From contig MGNZ01000136.1 of NCBI GenBank assembly GCA_001795235.1, positions 1 to 24,560 on the forward strand: a stretch of 24,560 nt of DNA. Direction: 5' to 3'. Under the pieces are notes generated by a model. It saw nothing but the letters and a program-made list of their open reading frames with translations, searched no databases and was not told where the DNA came from. This stretch comes from Chloroflexi bacterium RBG_16_64_32 (GTDB lineage: Bacteria > Chloroflexota > Dehalococcoidia > SM23-28-2 > RBG-16-64-32). Positions 21,981 through 24,560 of the stretch are shown one piece after another. Numbering within the stretch: the stretch's first letter is position 1; each line of letters opens with the position of its first letter. Made by a program: the position numbers and the translations under genes.

Positions 21981-24437
21981 ATGCCCGTAAAGACCCGCTC
22001 CCGTCCCAAACCACGCAGCACAAGCTACCGGCCTCCCGCCAGAGGCAGGCCGCGGCGACGCCCGGCGTCCCGGTCCGGGCGCAGGCTGCCGCTGGGCTCC
22101 GGACAGCCCATTGCGCCGTGGCTGGCGCTGGCTGTGGTGGCGGTCTTGGCGGTCTCCATGCCCTGGCTCGCCCCGCTCATCGTGGAAGCCTTTGAAGATG
22201 CCTTTAGGCTTTTCGGCTTCGGTCTGGCCCTGGTTGTCGCCGCCGTCTCCGCCAACGTTAGGATCGCCCTTAGGCGCAGCCTGACCATCGACCGCAGGTT
22301 CCTGCGCATCTGGGGCGGCCTCCACCTCATGCTTCTGTTCGCCCTCGGCCTGCTGGGCTTTTTTCGGCCAGAGTGGAGCGTGGGAGATGTCCCCTTTGCG
22401 GATGTCAGCGCTGGCGGCAACGCCGGCTTGCTGCTGGCGAGCAGCGCCCTCGGCATCCTGGCCTGGGTGGCCGCCTCGCTGACCGGTCTGGGCTTGCTCT
22501 GGCCACCGGGCGCGCGCGCGTCAGGACGGGCCGGGATGGCCGTGCTACGATGGCTCGTCTCGCTGGACATTCCCGAGCGCGCCGGCGACGCGCTGCGATC
22601 GTTGTTTACGGCGCTCCTGCCAGACAGCTCCGACGAGGAAGATAACAAAACCCCGGGTGAGCCGTACGTCTCGACCTGGGACGAGGAGTGGTCCGGCCCC
22701 CCGCAAGCGACAACGGAGATGGAGAGCGAACCCGATCACGAGGCTACGCCCGAGACCGAGACCAAGGCGCCGAAGACGGCGGCTGCGTCCGCCGAGGCGC
22801 CGCCCGATCAAGCCGAGGACTCGATTCTTGTCACCTCCGATCCGGAGGAACAGCCGTCCGCGTACCAGCGTTCGCTGCCCATGGGCCGGCCTGCCGGCCA
22901 TGGCTGGGAGTTGCCGCCCCTCGACCTCCTTTCGGAGACGGCGGAGGAGGACGTGCGGCCCGTGGACAATGTGGCGCGGGCCCAGTTGATTGTGGACACG
23001 CTGGCCTCCCTTGGCGTCAGCGTCCGCATCGTCAGCACCAGCCAGGGCCCCACCGTCACCCAGTTCGGTGTAGAGCCCGGCTGGGAGACGAAGACCCGCA
23101 CCGTCATCGCCCGGGACGAAAAGGGCAAGCCCACGTACGACAAGGATGGCAAACCCCAGTACCGTACGGAGGTTGTCTCCAGAACTCGGGTGCGGGTGAA
23201 CCGCATCACCACGCTGGCCAACGACCTGGCACTGGCCCTGGCGGCGCCCACCATCCGCATCGAGGCGCCGGTGCCGGGCCGTCCCATCATCGGCATTGAG
23301 GTGCCCAACCATAGCACCTCGCTCGTCGCGATGCGCAGCGTCATCGAGAGCACCGCATTCCAGCGAGTGGCGGCCCGCACCCACCTCGCCCTCGCCCTGG
23401 GCAAGGGGGTATCCGGCGAACCCGTCGCCGCCGACCTGGCCAAGATGCCTCATTTGCTCATCGCCGGCGCTACCGGCAGCGGCAAGAGCGTCTGCATCAA
23501 CTCCGTTATCGGCTGCCTGCTCATGCACAACACGCCTGAGGACGTCCGTTTCATCCTCATTGACCCCAAGCGCGTGGAGCTGGCCAACTTCGCCGGCATA
23601 CCCCATCTGGCCTTCTCCAAGATCATCACCGACGTTGAGGAGGTGGTGGGTACGCTGCAGGCGATCATCCATGAGATGGACAGCCGCTACCGCCGCTTCG
23701 CTTCCGTGGGCGTGCGAAATATCGAGGCCTTTAACAAGAGCCCGCGCGCCACCCATAAGCTCTCCCACTGGGTAGTCATCATTGACGAACTGGCCGACCT
23801 CATGATGGCAGCACCCGTGCAAGTGGAGCGCCAAGTCTGTCGGCTGGCCCAACTGGCGCGGGCCACCGGCATCCACCTCGTCATCGCCACCCAGCGCCCA
23901 TCGGTGGACGTCGTCACCGGCCTCATCAAGGCCAACTTCCCGACGCGGATCGCCTTCGCCGTCTCATCCCAGGTCGACTCCCGGACCATCCTGGATGGGG
24001 GCGGCGCCGAGAAGCTCCTGGGCCGAGGCGACATGCTGTTCATGCCTACGGACGCGTCCAAGCCAAAGCGCCTTCAGGGCTCCTACGTATCCGACGCCGA
24101 GCTAGACCGCATCGTGGCCTGGTGGACCACCGACCGCTTCCGTCACCTTAAGCCGGACACCATGGATCACCTCATGGCCGAAGCAGCGGATGGGATCGGC
24201 GATGGGGTGAACCGCGATGAAGATGAGGACCCCCTGTATGAGTCTGCAAAGGAGCTGGCCGTGCAGCATTCGCGGGTCTCCACATCCCTCCTCCAGCGCC
24301 GGCTGCACGTCGGCTACCCGCGCGCCGCTCGCCTCATCGACCTGCTGGAGGAGGCAGGGATCGTCGGCGCGGCGGAAGGAGGCCAGTCCCGCATGGTGCT
24401 CGCCGAAGCTACGGACGAGATGGAATCGGTGGAGTAG
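21981..24437 (+). CDS. ftsK: FtsK/SpoIIIE DNA translocase
   Basis: N-terminal TM segments, acidic linker, RIEAPVPG, PHLLIAGATGSGKS (Walker A), IIDELADLM (Walker B), LATQRP-like IATQRPS, EKLLGRGDML, gamma domain STSLLQRRL.VGYPRAARLID. Confidence 0.97.
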   Translation: MPVKTRSRPKPRSTSYRPPARGRPRRRPASRSGRRLPLGSGQPIAPWLALAVVAVLAVSMPWLAPLIVEAFEDAFRLFGFGLALVVAAVSANVRIALRRSLTIDRRFLRIWGGLHLMLLFALGLLGFFRPEWSVGDVPFADVSAGGNAGLLLASSALGILAWVAASLTGLGLLWPPGARASGRAGMAVLRWLVSLDIPERAGDALRSLFTALLPDSSDEEDNKTPGEPYVSTWDEEWSGPPQATTEMESEPDHEATPETETKAPKTAAASAEAPPDQAEDSILVTSDPEEQPSAYQRSLPMGRPAGHGWELPPLDLLSETAEEDVRPVDNVARAQLIVDTLASLGVSVRIVSTSQGPTVTQFGVEPGWETKTRTVIARDEKGKPTYDKDGKPQYRTEVVSRTRVRVNRITTLANDLALALAAPTIRIEAPVPGRPIIGIEVPNHSTSLVAMRSVIESTAFQRVAARTHLALALGKGVSGEPVAADLAKMPHLLIAGATGSGKSVCINSVIGCLLMHNTPEDVRFILIDPKRVELANFAGIPHLAFSKIITDVEEVVGTLQAIIHEMDSRYRRFASVGVRNIEAFNKSPRATHKLSHWVVIIDELADLMMAAPVQVERQVCRLAQLARATGIHLVIATQRPSVDVVTGLIKANFPTRIAFAVSSQVDSRTILDGGGAEKLLGRGDMLFMPTDASKPKRLQGSYVSDAELDRIVAWWTTDRFRHLKPDTMDHLMAEAADGIGDGVNRDEDEDPLYESAKELAVQHSRVSTSLLQRRLHVGYPRAARLIDLLEEAGIVGAAEGGQSRMVLAEATDEMESVE

Positions 24438-24499
24438 AGGACCGCCTCACGCTGAACCGAACCTGAACTCAAATCCCCACTCCCGCTTCCCCTGCCATC

Positions 24500-24528
24500 T
24501 TGACAGCCCATGGCGCCGGTGCTATACC
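24500..24528 (+). promoter_or_regulatory. Promoter for the next gene beyond the window end
   Basis: TTGACA (24500-24505), 17-nt spacer, TG-C-TATACC; SD-like GGAGGTG at 24550-24556. Confidence 0.55.
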
Positions 24529-24560
24529 TGTAGACAGGTCAAGATGACTGGAGGTGATGA

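Noticed and set aside
22545-23876. 443-aa minus-strand ORF and other long ORFs opposite nfeD, rnj and fabD
   Set aside because: Antisense shadows of clearly identified genes; no motifs of their own.

Overview
High-GC chromosomal segment that looks like Chloroflexota, class Dehalococcoidia-like. This taxonomy is inferred from the HisD N-terminal extension, the GTDGKT-type MurE and the fabG-nusB-acpP order, not from a database search. Most of the window is housekeeping. In order: the 5' part of a his operon (hisZ, a tandem two-domain hisG, a Zn-dependent phospholipase C/P1-like hydrolase, truncated hisD); an nfeD-SPFH pair; birA; murE; RNase P RNA (rnpB); a C4-zinc-ribbon / serine recombinase / RNase HI operon; yceD-rpmF-orf-fabD-fabG-nusB-acpP; tatB-tatC; and udg-rnj-ftsK. 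The main unusual items are: (1) a full-length large serine recombinase that lacks the catalytic Ser and the other catalytic-domain motifs, tightly coupled between the zinc-ribbon gene and rnhA (possibly a domesticated DNA-binding protein); (2) an unannotated ~170-nt minus-strand transcription unit upstream of birA with a promoter, perfect SD, 23-codon sORF, a G-U-supported three-way-junction fold with an internal anti-SD, and a terminator; (3) a ~2.65-kb less GC-rich segment (6106-8756) flanked by an imperfect ~40-bp direct repeat that duplicates the 3' end of birA and carries pseudogenes and small Zn/RNA-binding proteins; (4) a tandem HisG with one degenerate half; (5) a family-4 UDG ending in a beta-clamp-like motif (QMRLF); (6) MurE with DNPY in place of the DAP-specific DNPR. 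No CRISPR array, tRNA or rRNA was seen. All family assignments come from motif recognition by eye.
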